DNA of 64,000 nucleotides from Minisyncoccota bacterium (GTDB lineage Bacteria; Patescibacteriota; Minisyncoccia; UBA6257; 02-FULL-45-10c): NCBI GenBank assembly GCA_036517155.1, contig DATDXY010000009.1, positions 2,141 to 66,140 of the forward strand, read 5' to 3'. Shown piece by piece: positions 8,815 to 18,347 of this stretch (position 1 is its first letter; each line of letters starts with the position of its first letter). The notes under the pieces were generated by a model. It saw only the letters and a program-made list of their open reading frames with translations, ran no database searches and was not told where the DNA came from. The position numbers and the translations under genes were made by a program.

Positions 8815-10988
8815 ACCGATTTTTGGAAGCTCTCAAATTTTACGCGGAGTTCCGGATATCCGGTTAGTTCCGGATCGTTGGAAAGAATTTCTTTTGCCGA
8901 ATCCCGCGCAGCTTTGACAAGTTCCATGTCTTTTAACGCATTCATGGCAATGTCCGGTACGCCAGTTTGGGTTTCACCCATAAATTGCCCGGGGCCGCGA
9001 AGCTGCAAATCTTTTTCTGCCAATTCAAAGCCGTTTTTAGCGATAATTAGAGAATTAAGGCGTTGCTCCGCAGCGTTGGAATCGCTGGTGGTAAAAAGCA
9101 GGCAAAACGATTGATGTTCACCTCGGCCGACCCGGCCGCGGAATTGATAGAGTTGCGCCAAACCAAATCGTTCCGCGCCCTCAATCATCATAATGGTGGA
9201 ATTTGGCACATCCACGCCCACCTCAATGACAGACGTAGATACTAGAATATCGTATTTCTTTTCAAAAAAATCTTTCATAATTTCGTCTTTCTCTTTGCCT
9301 TTCATTTTGCCGTGCAGCATTACTATCTTGAGATCGGGAAAAATTTGACTTTGAAGCTTTTCAAATTCTTCTTTGACGGATTTCAATTCCAGCGCCTTTT
9401 TTTTCGCTTCGGTAAGCAGTTCGCCTTCTTTGATTTCTCCGGCGTCAATTCGCGGACAAATGACAAAGGCTTGACGGCCTTTTTGGATTTGTTCGCGAAT
9501 AAATTGATACGCTTTGGGACGATTAGCTCCCGCGACAATTTTCGTAATAATTTCTTTTCTGCCGGCGGGCAATTCGGTAATGGTGGAAACGTCCAAATCG
9601 CCAAAAAGCGTGAGGGAGAGCGTTCGCGGAATTGGCGTGGCCGACATAGAAAGAAAATGGGGGATAATTCGTTCGCCGGTTTCCTGGATATTTTGCAGTA
9701 GCGCCGCGCGTTGGGAAACGCCGAAACGATGCTGTTCATCCACGATTGCTAACGCCAGTTTCGGAAACTTGATGGTTTTTTGAATAATGGCATGCGTGCC
9801 AATAACGATACGGATATTGCCTTGGATAATCTCATTAATTAGTTTCGGTTTGGTGGTTTTTGTATGCAGCGCATCGCCAAAATAGGCCTCCATCCGATTG
9901 GCGGTCAGTAGGGCAATGCCGTGAGAAAATTCCGGAAAAATTTTTATTAACGTTCGATAATGTTGGCTGGCGAGAACTTCCGTGGGCGCCATAAAAGCAG
10001 TTTGGTAACCATTGTGGGCGGCAACGAGCGCGGCGATTGCGGCAATAACGGTTTTCCCAGAACCCACATCACCCTGAAGCAGGCGATTCATTGGGTGCGG
10101 TTTTTGCAGATCAGCCAGAATTTCCTGCAAACTTTGCTTCTGGGCCGCGGTCAGTTGAAATGGCAATTTTTGCAATACTTGGCTGCGCCAGTCTTCCGAA
10201 ATAACCAGATTGAAAGCTTTTTCTTTGGCGAGGCGGGAGCGGATTTTCAAATTATTAATCTGCATCAGGAATAAATCCTCAAAAGCAAACCGTTTTCTAG
10301 CTAAGTCCGCCTCTTCAATTTTAAAAGGGAAATGAATTTTGCGAATAGCAACATTAATATCAGATAAATGATGCTGGCGCAGCGTGTTGCTGGGTATAAA
10401 ATCATTCAGATGTTCCAAATCTTTCAAAATCGGTTTGATAAGAAAACGCAGGCCTTTGGAAGTAAGACCGCGAGTTTCTGGATAAACCGGAATCAGCCCC
10501 GCCGTATGTTTTGGGCCGGTGCTGGTGCCCGCCAGACCATGGCTGCTGGTAATTTCGTAGGTTGGATTGGAAAGATAAATATCCCGGGAAGATTGGATAA
10601 TTTTTCCGGCAAAGTTCGCTTGCGTGCCAATTTTGAGAATTTGGGCAATATAAGGCTGGTTGAACCAGACCGCTTTAATACCCCCCGTATCATCGGCAAT
10701 TAACGCCTCAATAATTGTCATGTGGCGTTTCCAAGTTCGGCGGGCGCTGATTTTTTTTACAATGCCTTGAATCGTTGCCGGTTCGTTGATTTTCAGCTCG
10801 GCAATGGGAACAATACGAGAAAAATCGTCGTATCGAAAAGGGAAGTGCCAAAGCAAATCGGCGATAGTTTTGATTTTCAGCTTGTTCAATCGCGCGATAA
10901 ACTTCGGTCCAATCCCGTGAATCTGACCTAAATCAGTCTTCAGATTCATAGAAGTGAAGATAGTATACCAGATTTTACTTGATTGCAA
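8802..10988 (-). CDS. recG: ATP-dependent DNA helicase RecG
   Basis: 728 aa; wedge domain plus helicase motifs (GDVGSGKTVIA, DEQHRFG, helicase C). Confidence 0.9.
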   Translation of the reverse strand: MQSSKIWYTIFTSMNLKTDLGQIHGIGPKFIARLNKLKIKTIADLLWHFPFRYDDFSRIVPIAELKINEPATIQGIVKKISARRTWKRHMTIIEALIADDTGGIKAVWFNQPYIAQILKIGTQANFAGKIIQSSRDIYLSNPTYEITSSHGLAGTSTGPKHTAGLIPVYPETRGLTSKGLRFLIKPILKDLEHLNDFIPSNTLRQHHLSDINVAIRKIHFPFKIEEADLARKRFAFEDLFLMQINNLKIRSRLAKEKAFNLVISEDWRSQVLQKLPFQLTAAQKQSLQEILADLQKPHPMNRLLQGDVGSGKTVIAAIAALVAAHNGYQTAFMAPTEVLASQHYRTLIKIFPEFSHGIALLTANRMEAYFGDALHTKTTKPKLINEIIQGNIRIVIGTHAIIQKTIKFPKLALAIVDEQHRFGVSQRAALLQNIQETGERIIPHFLSMSATPIPRTLSLTLFGDLDVSTITELPAGRKEIITKIVAGANRPKAYQFIREQIQKGRQAFVICPRIDAGEIKEGELLTEAKKKALELKSVKEEFEKLQSQIFPDLKIVMLHGKMKGKEKDEIMKDFFEKKYDILVSTSVIEVGVDVPNSTIMMIEGAERFGLAQLYQFRGRVGRGEHQSFCLLFTTSDSNAAEQRLNSLIIAKNGFELAEKDLQLRGPGQFMGETQTGVPDIAMNALKDMELVKAARDSAKEILSNDPELTGYPELRVKFESFQKSVHLE

Positions 10989-11034
10989 TAGAGGTAAATT
11001 TTGTGGTATTTTACTGAAAACGGAACAGAAATTC

Positions 11035-11105
11035 GCCTCTATAGCTTAGTGGTAAAGCTACGGACTCTTAATCCGCAGACCTTGGTTCGATTCCAAGTGG
11101 AGGCA
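11035..11105 (+). tRNA. tRNA-Lys (anticodon CUU)
   Basis: GCCTCTATAGCTTAGTGGTAAAGCTACGGACTCTTAATCCGCAGACCTTGGTTCGATTCCAAGTGGAGGCA; anticodon loop CTCTTAA; T-loop TTCGATT. Confidence 0.8.
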
Positions 11106-11194
11106 CACGGCTTCTCTTTTAGTTTTTGACACCCAACTTTTATTGGGTTACTTTTCTTATAGCGCTTGTAAATCTATTTTTGAGGAGGGATGTC

Positions 11195-11338
11195 ATGCTG
11201 GCATTAATGGGAGAAAAAATGAGAGTCTTTGGAACAGTCGATGATTTTCCGAAACCCCTGCCCGTCCGTCGCCCAAACCGTTTCCAAGAATGGAAAAAGA
11301 AAATAATTAGTTTCTTTAAAAAAATCTTCGGCAAGTAA
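11195..11338 (+). CDS. small hypothetical protein (47 aa)
   Basis: RBS GAGGAGGG 6 nt upstream of ATG at 11195 (internal Met of 70-aa track ORF); basic C-terminus. Confidence 0.3.
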   Translation: MLALMGEKMRVFGTVDDFPKPLPVRRPNRFQEWKKKIISFFKKIFGK

Positions 11339-11343
11339 AAATC

Positions 11344-11381
11344 AGAGCAGTTTAATTATTAAATTAAGCTGCTCTTTTTTA
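11344..11381. terminator. bidirectional terminator between convergent genes
   Basis: GAGCAG...CTGCTC stem followed by TTTTTT. Confidence 0.55.
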
Positions 11382-12131
11382 TTCTGGCATGATTATGCCG
11401 ATACCCGCGATAGTTGCCAGACCGGCAAGAATGACGAGAATATGGGAAAATTCTCGCGGACCGGCTTTGTGTTTCAATTCCGGCAGAAGGTCCGAAATGG
11501 ATATATAAATGAAAGAACCGGCGGCGAAAGCAAGAAGCAGAGGAACATATACCGCGATTGTATTCCGCATCAGATATCCAACCAATGCCCCCACCGGCGT
11601 TGCGAGGGCGGAAAATAAATTGTATTTGATGATATTTCGGCGGGAATATCCTTGATGTAAAAGAATACTAAAATCGCTGATTTCTTGCGGCACTTCGTGG
11701 AAAAAGACCGCGGTCGTAGTGACGATGCCGGTGGGAATAGAAATAAGAAAACTAAACGCAATAGCAATACCATCAATGAAGTTGTGCAGGGTATCGCTGA
11801 CTATCACGGTCATGCCAAAATTTTGATTCGCATCCAGCGGCTCTTCGTTATGCACGTGATAGAAATTGAGCAAGCGTTCAAAGATGAAAAAGATTAAAAT
11901 GCCGCTTACCACTGACCCAAAAATGGATTGAACGGTAAATTCACTTGCCAGAGCTTCCGGTAGTAATTCAAAAAAAGCAGCTCCCAACAAAGCGCCGGCG
12001 GCAAAACTTAAAAGATGAATAGAGAGACGCCTGGCGAAGCGTTCGTTGATGAGAAGGAAAACCCCGCCCACCATTGCGCAGACGCTGCCAATAATGCTCG
12101 CGAGAAAAATCGGTCCAAAAGATATTTGCAT
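11379..12131 (-). CDS. ZIP family metal transporter (ZupT-like)
   Basis: HNFIDGIAIA and FHEVPQEI motifs; start moved to internal Met (MQISFGP..., ATG at 12131) relative to 289-aa track ORF. Confidence 0.75.
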   Translation of the reverse strand: MQISFGPIFLASIIGSVCAMVGGVFLLINERFARRLSIHLLSFAAGALLGAAFFELLPEALASEFTVQSIFGSVVSGILIFFIFERLLNFYHVHNEEPLDANQNFGMTVIVSDTLHNFIDGIAIAFSFLISIPTGIVTTTAVFFHEVPQEISDFSILLHQGYSRRNIIKYNLFSALATPVGALVGYLMRNTIAVYVPLLLAFAAGSFIYISISDLLPELKHKAGPREFSHILVILAGLATIAGIGIIMPE

Positions 12132-12210
12132 ACAAATAAGTATATCTATTATATCTATTTTATCCACAATATTCAATTCAAAAAATGATATTATGGTAGA
12201 CTGTAAGGGT

Positions 12211-12468
12211 ATGCAATCCAAGAATTCAATTATAATAATTTCTGCCATAATGATTATTTTATTAGTAGTTGGCGGAATCTATTATTGGAAGAGCCGAGAC
12301 AAAGAAGCGCCAACCACCGGTGAAGCAATTGAATTATTAACAGAAACGCCGGCATTGACTGATGTTGTAACGCCAACCAATCCATTGGGAGATAAAGTTC
12401 CGGAAGTGAATCCGGTTGATAAAACTAATCCATTCAAGGATACATATAAAAATCCATTTTCTAATTAA
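12211..12468 (+). CDS. small membrane-anchored protein (85 aa)
   Basis: RBS GTAAGGGT before ATG 12211; one N-terminal TM helix then Pro/Thr-rich tail; stop 3 nt before next gene (operon). Confidence 0.4.
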   Translation: MQSKNSIIIISAIMIILLVVGGIYYWKSRDKEAPTTGEAIELLTETPALTDVVTPTNPLGDKVPEVNPVDKTNPFKDTYKNPFSN

Positions 12469-12470
12469 TT

Positions 12471-14711
12471 ATGACGCGGTCTTACATTAATTTTCTTAAA
12501 GACTCTTTTCTTGCGGTGGTTATTGTTTTATTTGCAGCGCTTGTCAGTGTTCTAATTATTCAAAAAACTTACGCTCAAGTGAGTAATAATGCTGCTGTTT
12601 CTTTCAAAAAAGATGGGAACGGACTTTTCACGATTACCATTCGAGATCCACAGGGGATTCAAGAATATTCTTTCAAAGCTCCGGACAAACTTCCTTACGG
12701 AGGTGGCATTACCGGTTGCCCAACAAGCCGAACCATTACTAATGTTGTTTTTAATGATCCGGCGGACTTTACTCCATCTATGGAAGCCTTTGTTGTGGAT
12801 TGCAAAGACAACCGGGGAGAATTCACTATCGCTCCGCCTAAAGACGGAATAACCAATGGAGTGAAAATTGGCACGGAACCAGAGCCAGAAAAAACAGAAA
12901 CCGCGACAACTCCTGCTCCGGCAGCCGAGTTAGAGCAGTCGGAAGAACCAGCTAAACCAGTAAAAGAAATAAGTTATCCAGTGACTGAATTGGGGAGTTG
13001 TAAAAATGAAGATGATTGTCGAGTATATTGTGACAAACCGGGAAATTTGGAAAAATGCATTGTTTTTGCGGAAAGTCATAGTTTGATGAATGGAGAAGAA
13101 GCAGCCAAAGCAAGAAAGTTTAAAGAATCTTTGAATAGCGGCGGTACTCCTGGTGGTTGCAATTCCCAAGCAACTTGTGAATCGTATTGTAATGATGTCA
13201 GCCGCATCGACGAATGTGTTGCGTTTGGAGAAAAAAATGGATTTTTGAAAGGCAAAGAGTTAGAAGACGCGAAAAAAGTTCATGCTGCCATTCAGAGAGG
13301 CGCGAAAATGCCGGGTGATTGCCGAAATAAAACTGCTTGTGAAGCGTATTGCCAAAATTCGGAACATATCGATGAATGCATTACTTTCGCGAAAGAAAAC
13401 GGTTTTATGAGCGAGCAAGAATTACGGGAAGTGGAAAAAATCTTGCCATTAATGAAACGAGGCGAAACTCCGGGCGCTTGCAAGTCCAAAGAACAATGTG
13501 AATCCTATTGCGAGGCAGAAGAACATATGGATGAATGCATCAGTTTTGCGGAGAAAGCCGGCCTACTTTCTGAAGAAGAATTAAAACACGTGGAGCAATT
13601 TAAAAAAACTGGCGGAAAAGGGCCAGGTGGCTGTAAGGGAAAGCAATGTCAGTCGTATTGCGAAAATCCGGGAAACCAAAAAGCTTGCTTTACTTGGGCA
13701 AAAGAAAATGGATTTTTGGAAGAAAAAGATTTGCAGAGAATGGAAGAGGGCAAGCAGCAGTTGAGGCAATCCTTGGAACAAATGCCACCGGAAGCGAGAG
13801 CGTGTGTTGATGAAATTGTGGGGCCAGGTGGTTTAGAGGGCGATTTCTTTGGCGGTCCGGAAATTGGCGAGAAAATAAAATCTTGTTTTGAATCAGCGTT
13901 TTCTGGATTTGGTCCACCTGGCCAGGGTGGTCCAGGGGGTCCCGGAGAACACGGTGGTTTTCCAGGCGGTCCCGGTGGAGGATTCCCAGGTGGTCCTGAT
14001 GGCGGTGGTTTTGGTGGCGGACCAGGTGGATGCAAATCTATTGATGAATGTATGAAGTATTGCCAAGAACACTCAGACGAGTGTAGTGGTTTTGGTCCTC
14101 CGTCTGGTAATGCGGGTGACCGGGGCAGTGATCATGGCGACGGAAGATTCCCGGGTGGTCCTCAAGGTAACGATCAGGGCGAACATCGGGGAGACCCACG
14201 GTATATTGGTCCTCCAATTGAATCCGGCGCTCCAGGAGAATTTGGTGGCACAAGGCCGCCTTGCAACGGTCCGGAAGAATGCCAAAAATTATATGAACAA
14301 GGAGGATTTCCAGATCGCCGAACCGAAAGCCCGATAGATCAATTAAAGGAGGGTTTTCAGCAGCCACCAGAAGGATTTACTCCACCAACGAATATTTCCC
14401 CTGATCAATACCAACAGCAATATCAGCAGCAATTTGAACAACAATTTCAGCAGCAGTATCAGCAAGAATATCAAAAACAATACGAGCAACAATATCAACA
14501 GCAACAAGGTACTTATCCAACTCCAACTTCGGGTGAATATCATCCACCAGAAGGTTCATACACACCACCGCCTTCGAATTCTTATCCTTCGGGAGGTAGT
14601 TATACGCCGCCGGAAGGATCTTATTCGCCACCTCCACCCAGCAGTTATCGATATGGTCCGCAACGGCAATCTTTAGTCGGATCAGTTTTGGATATATTAG
14701 GAGGGAAATAA
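12471..14711 (+). CDS. secreted/membrane-anchored repeat protein: five tandem ~45-aa four-Cys modules, then Gly/Pro-rich, Gln-rich and Tyr-Pro-rich low-complexity regions
   Basis: 746 aa; N-terminal TM/signal (LAVVIVLFAALVSVLII); modules C-x5-C-x3-C-x8-C followed by F(A/G)xxNGF(L/M)..EL; GGPGGPG tract; QQYQQQFEQQFQQQ; YTPPEGSY repeats. Confidence 0.7.
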   Translation: MTRSYINFLKDSFLAVVIVLFAALVSVLIIQKTYAQVSNNAAVSFKKDGNGLFTITIRDPQGIQEYSFKAPDKLPYGGGITGCPTSRTITNVVFNDPADFTPSMEAFVVDCKDNRGEFTIAPPKDGITNGVKIGTEPEPEKTETATTPAPAAELEQSEEPAKPVKEISYPVTELGSCKNEDDCRVYCDKPGNLEKCIVFAESHSLMNGEEAAKARKFKESLNSGGTPGGCNSQATCESYCNDVSRIDECVAFGEKNGFLKGKELEDAKKVHAAIQRGAKMPGDCRNKTACEAYCQNSEHIDECITFAKENGFMSEQELREVEKILPLMKRGETPGACKSKEQCESYCEAEEHMDECISFAEKAGLLSEEELKHVEQFKKTGGKGPGGCKGKQCQSYCENPGNQKACFTWAKENGFLEEKDLQRMEEGKQQLRQSLEQMPPEARACVDEIVGPGGLEGDFFGGPEIGEKIKSCFESAFSGFGPPGQGGPGGPGEHGGFPGGPGGGFPGGPDGGGFGGGPGGCKSIDECMKYCQEHSDECSGFGPPSGNAGDRGSDHGDGRFPGGPQGNDQGEHRGDPRYIGPPIESGAPGEFGGTRPPCNGPEECQKLYEQGGFPDRRTESPIDQLKEGFQQPPEGFTPPTNISPDQYQQQYQQQFEQQFQQQYQQEYQKQYEQQYQQQQGTYPTPTSGEYHPPEGSYTPPPSNSYPSGGSYTPPEGSYSPPPPSSYRYGPQRQSLVGSVLDILGGK
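12984..13775 (+). repeat. tandem in-frame coding repeats (five ~135-nt units) encoding the Cys modules
   Basis: Protein-level periodicity PGxCxxxxxCExYCxxxxxxDECxxFAxxNGF repeated five times; diverged at nucleotide level. Confidence 0.6.
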
Positions 14712-14713
14712 AA

Positions 14714-14742
14714 TAAAAAATCCGCTTAAGGCGGATTTTTTA
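14714..14742. terminator. bidirectional terminator
   Basis: AAAAAATCCGC-TTAAG-GCGGATTTTTT. Confidence 0.7.
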
Positions 14743-15150
14743 TTATTCAAATACTACAGGGATTTTTAATTCGTCATTATGTTCCGGCAATCCGGAAGGA
14801 TTATCTTTTTCTAGTACTAGCCAACCCTTTTTTGTTGTTGGTTTAACAAAGGTTAGTATTGTTTTAAATGGCACAAAATCTTCCGTCATCCATTCTCCTT
14901 GTGCTTGGGCAATGCCAATGGTAATTTGTTGACTATTTTCATCCAGAAGTTTGACTGGAAAGGAGGCTTCAAAAAACCAATAACCGCGCGCTTTGCCTTG
15001 AACTAATAAGGGGCTGGTAATAATTTCGTTAGGTTTTGGAGAAGTAAGTTGGATAAGATTTTCTTTTTCCGTAGAAACGGTTGGCCAAGTAATCAAAACA
15101 ATAACCGCAATAAGAAATAATAACGCGCCCAAAATTATTTTTTTATTCAT
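14743..15150 (-). CDS. Gmad2 immunoglobulin-like domain lipo/secreted protein
   Basis: Signal/TM then pattern VQGKARGYWFFEASFPVKLLD...GEWMTEDFVPF...LVLEKDNPSGLPE typical of Gmad2 (GerM-associated) domain. Confidence 0.6.
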   Translation of the reverse strand: MNKKIILGALLFLIAVIVLITWPTVSTEKENLIQLTSPKPNEIITSPLLVQGKARGYWFFEASFPVKLLDENSQQITIGIAQAQGEWMTEDFVPFKTILTFVKPTTKKGWLVLEKDNPSGLPEHNDELKIPVVFE

Positions 15151-15616
15151 TTTGTAATATAGTTATATCTTTTAACACCTCTTCCGCATGAAATTCTGGT
15201 TTTACATTTTCGTAAATCTTCGCAATTTTTCCTTTCGGACCAATTAAAAAAGAAGTGCGTAACGTCCCCATATATTCTCGGCCCATAAATTTCTTTTTTG
15301 CCCAGACGCCGTATTTTTTCACTACTTCCTTATTTTCATCCGCGAGAAGCGTAAAGGGCAGCTTATATTTTTCCGAAAACTTTTTATGGCTTTTTACCGA
15401 GTCCACGCTGATACCGAAGACTTGGATCTTTAGTTTTTTGAATTCCGGAAAATTATCACGGATCGTACAGGCTTCTTTGGTGCAGCCGGGAGTGTCATCT
15501 TTCGGATAGAAATAAAGCAATGTCCATTGGCCTTTGTAATCTGACAAGGTATGAGTTTTCGTATTCTGATCCGAGAGAGAAAAATCAGGGGCTAAAGCAT
15601 TAAGCTTGATTTTCAT
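15143..15616 (-). CDS. bcp: thioredoxin-dependent thiol peroxidase (Bcp/PrxQ)
   Basis: FYPKDDTPGCTKEAC motif; 157 aa. Confidence 0.85.
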   Translation of the reverse strand: MKIKLNALAPDFSLSDQNTKTHTLSDYKGQWTLLYFYPKDDTPGCTKEACTIRDNFPEFKKLKIQVFGISVDSVKSHKKFSEKYKLPFTLLADENKEVVKKYGVWAKKKFMGREYMGTLRTSFLIGPKGKIAKIYENVKPEFHAEEVLKDITILQNE

Positions 15617-15651
15617 TAAGCCCAGTATAGCAATAAGAAGAGTATTTGTAA

Positions 15652-16962
15652 CTATTGAAGTTGTAAGAGTCGAATACGAACGTTTGTACCTGCGGAGAGT
15701 CCATTAGTTTTTATGTCAATGTGGGGATATTGTCCGCCACCCCCACAGCAAGAAGGACCAAATCCGTCAATTAATGCATAGCCACCAGAGGTGTTGCTGA
15801 GAGTTAATGTTGGTATGAGAATTCTAGTATCACCAAATGGATAGGTGTAGTCGTTGAAACTTATGGCATAAAGGTTGGTTCCAGATAAAGAATAAGTTAC
15901 GTCATAGACGACTGAAAAACCTCCTGGCCAGCTAGTCCGACAGTCATTGCCAATGCAAACCCCAGACTGACCCTTTACGTAACCCGCGACATCAAGTTTT
16001 TGGGTTGGGCCTGCGGTGCCAATGCCAACGTCGCCGGAACTGTTGATCCGCATTGATTCGGCCACGCCTGATTTGGTAAAAAAAGCAATCGTGCCCTTCC
16101 GACTCCCATTGCCACTTGCTTCATCGGTAGAAGCGGCGATCGCAGTAGTCACATCATTGGTCGAATTGTTAAACCAGATAGTACCAGTGACGTTACCATT
16201 CACTGTGGAGCGATTCCGGAAAGTAATGGCAGGAGAGGGGCCACCCAGCACAGTGCTATTGTTCAAGCCATCTATTCTAAGAGTACCTAAGCCAGTTGAA
16301 TAAATATCTAAGTTATAGGAAGGGGCCGCGGTACCAAGGCCGATATAAGTGCCATTATCAAAAATTTGAGAATTACCAATAGTTGTGCCTGCTGTAAATT
16401 TAGCCATATAATTTGTAGAACCACTTCCAGATAATCCGCCGCTTGCTGTTTGCCAGCTACCTAATCCAGCCGCATCTGAAGTAAGTACTTTTCCGGATCC
16501 TGGCGTACCACCAGTAATTTTTACTTGGCCGTTTACTTCAAGTTTTGCTCCAGGATTTGCGGTACCAATGCCGACATCTCCTCCTGATTTGATGGTTATC
16601 CTGGCTGCGTTCGAGGTAAAAATACGAAAATCATGGGCTGAAACCATCCCCAATACTCCGCCAGCGCCATTTTCATAAGCCCCAAACTTAGCAGTGGCGC
16701 CGCTACCGCCGCTATCTTCTACCCGAATTTCCGGATTGCCAGTTCCAATAAATCGTCCAATAACGCTATTGCCCGTTACATCCAATTTATAAGTTGGCGT
16801 CATGCCAATACCAATATTGCCAGAACTATCAGCAGTGATGCTCGCAGCGCCGCTCGGGGGATTTTGAGATGGATTGTTCCAGGCAAAAGTTTGAATCGCG
16901 AGCAATGAGCCAAAAATCAAAAGAAAAACAAATACTCTTTTATTAAAATATTTTTTATTCAT
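15652..16962 (-). CDS. secreted Gly-rich repeat protein (tail-fibre/beta-helix-like), paralog B
   Basis: Signal peptide ...AIQTFA|WNNPSQNPPSG; repeated GNIGIGxTPTYKLDV / GDVGIGTANPGAKLEVNGQVKITGG motifs; C-terminal CIGNDCRTSWP. Confidence 0.6.
   Translation of the reverse strand: MNKKYFNKRVFVFLLIFGSLLAIQTFAWNNPSQNPPSGAASITADSSGNIGIGMTPTYKLDVTGNSVIGRFIGTGNPEIRVEDSGGSGATAKFGAYENGAGGVLGMVSAHDFRIFTSNAARITIKSGGDVGIGTANPGAKLEVNGQVKITGGTPGSGKVLTSDAAGLGSWQTASGGLSGSGSTNYMAKFTAGTTIGNSQIFDNGTYIGLGTAAPSYNLDIYSTGLGTLRIDGLNNSTVLGGPSPAITFRNRSTVNGNVTGTIWFNNSTNDVTTAIAASTDEASGNGSRKGTIAFFTKSGVAESMRINSSGDVGIGTAGPTQKLDVAGYVKGQSGVCIGNDCRTSWPGGFSVVYDVTYSLSGTNLYAISFNDYTYPFGDTRILIPTLTLSNTSGGYALIDGFGPSCCGGGGQYPHIDIKTNGLSAGTNVRIRLLQLQ
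16352..16557. repeat. 206-bp segment near-identical (1 mismatch) to 17638..17843 within paralog gene
   Basis: Direct string comparison: ccattatcaaaaatttgagaattaccaatagttgtgcctgctgtaaatttagccat...caagttttgctccaggatt in both; only ctgaagt vs ccgaagt differs. Confidence 0.85.
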
Positions 16963-18329
16963 TGGATTCTAATTGCTTGTACGCGTACCGTTGAATTCGA
17001 AGATAATGAATACGTACTCCATTCGATTCTTAAGCATTGTATTCCACCACCACAATATTCAGTACCAACTTTATTGATAAATGCGATTCCTCCAGATGTA
17101 TTACTGACTGAAACGGTAGCCACAAAATGACGTACTTCACCAATTGGATATGCATAGCCAGTTGCCCAGGAGTAAGTTTGAGTTCCAGAAATAAAGTTAT
17201 TAGTAAGGTCCGCGACCACCCCAAAAGAAGGAGATGAACTTGGCCAGCTAGTCCGACAGTCATTGCCAATGCATAATCCCGTACCCTTGACATAACCATT
17301 AGCTTCAATTTTTTGAGATGGGTTAGTCAACCCCACGCCCAAATTGCCATTACTCAATAAACGCATGGATTCTTGAAGACTATTGCTATTCAATGTATGG
17401 AAGACCATACCGACTTGTCCTCCTGTAGATTCGTGAGCAGTTCTGATTTTTCCTACCGTGAAACCAGTATCGTTACCACCGCCATTATCGCCAAATTCTA
17501 AAGCCGCTCCACTTCCGACTGGACTCACGTAATGACCAGCAGTAATTCGTAAGACAGGAGTTCCATTCGCATTAACAACATTAGTTACAGCATGTAGTTT
17601 CGCTAGTGGATTGTTGGTACCAACACTCACATTTGTTCCATTATCAAAAATTTGAGAATTACCAATAGTTGTGCCTGCTGTAAATTTAGCCATATAATTT
17701 GTAGAACCACTTCCAGATAATCCGCCGCTTGCTGTTTGCCAGCTACCTAATCCAGCCGCATCCGAAGTAAGTACTTTTCCGGATCCTGGCGTACCACCAG
17801 TAATTTTTACTTGGCCGTTTACTTCAAGTTTTGCTCCAGGATTAGTAGTTCCAATCCCCACATCACCAGAGCTGTTGATCCGCATGGATTCCGTTGCATT
17901 GGATTTAGTAAAGAAGGCAATGGTGCCTTTGCGGTTGTCATTACCGGCAGCATCGTCAGCAGAAGCGGCAATGACCGCGGTTACATCGTTGGTAGAATTG
18001 TTAAACCAGATAGAGCCGACTACATTACCATCAACAAGGGAACGATTTCGGAAGGTGATCGATGGTGAAGCCCCACCCAATACCGTGTTGTTACTCGAGC
18101 TATCAATGCGAAGATTAGTTGTTCCGGCAGAGTAGATATCTAGATTATACGTAGGGGCAGCCGTACCGAGACCGATATTACCTGCGCTATCAGAAAATAA
18201 AGACCCGACACCACCCGGAGGATTTTGGCCAGGATTGGTCCAGGCTAGAACCAATCGAAAACTCAAAAAAGTAACAATGAAAAGAGTCGCAACGAAAAAA
18301 AATTTGTTGGTAATATTTTTTGGAATCAT
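16959..18329 (-). CDS. secreted Gly-rich repeat protein (tail-fibre/beta-helix-like), paralog A
   Basis: Signal ...RLVLA|WTNPGQNPPGG; same motif family; 4-nt overlap with paralog B (operon). Confidence 0.6.
   Translation of the reverse strand: MIPKNITNKFFFVATLFIVTFLSFRLVLAWTNPGQNPPGGVGSLFSDSAGNIGLGTAAPTYNLDIYSAGTTNLRIDSSSNNTVLGGASPSITFRNRSLVDGNVVGSIWFNNSTNDVTAVIAASADDAAGNDNRKGTIAFFTKSNATESMRINSSGDVGIGTTNPGAKLEVNGQVKITGGTPGSGKVLTSDAAGLGSWQTASGGLSGSGSTNYMAKFTAGTTIGNSQIFDNGTNVSVGTNNPLAKLHAVTNVVNANGTPVLRITAGHYVSPVGSGAALEFGDNGGGNDTGFTVGKIRTAHESTGGQVGMVFHTLNSNSLQESMRLLSNGNLGVGLTNPSQKIEANGYVKGTGLCIGNDCRTSWPSSSPSFGVVADLTNNFISGTQTYSWATGYAYPIGEVRHFVATVSVSNTSGGIAFINKVGTEYCGGGIQCLRIEWSTYSLSSNSTVRVQAIRIQ
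17638..17843. repeat. 206-bp segment near-identical to 16352..16557
   Basis: as above; additional shared 32-mer tggccagctagtccgacagtcattgccaatgca at 15926..15957 and 17241..17272. Confidence 0.85.
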
Positions 18330-18347
18330 AATTTATTATACCATTTT

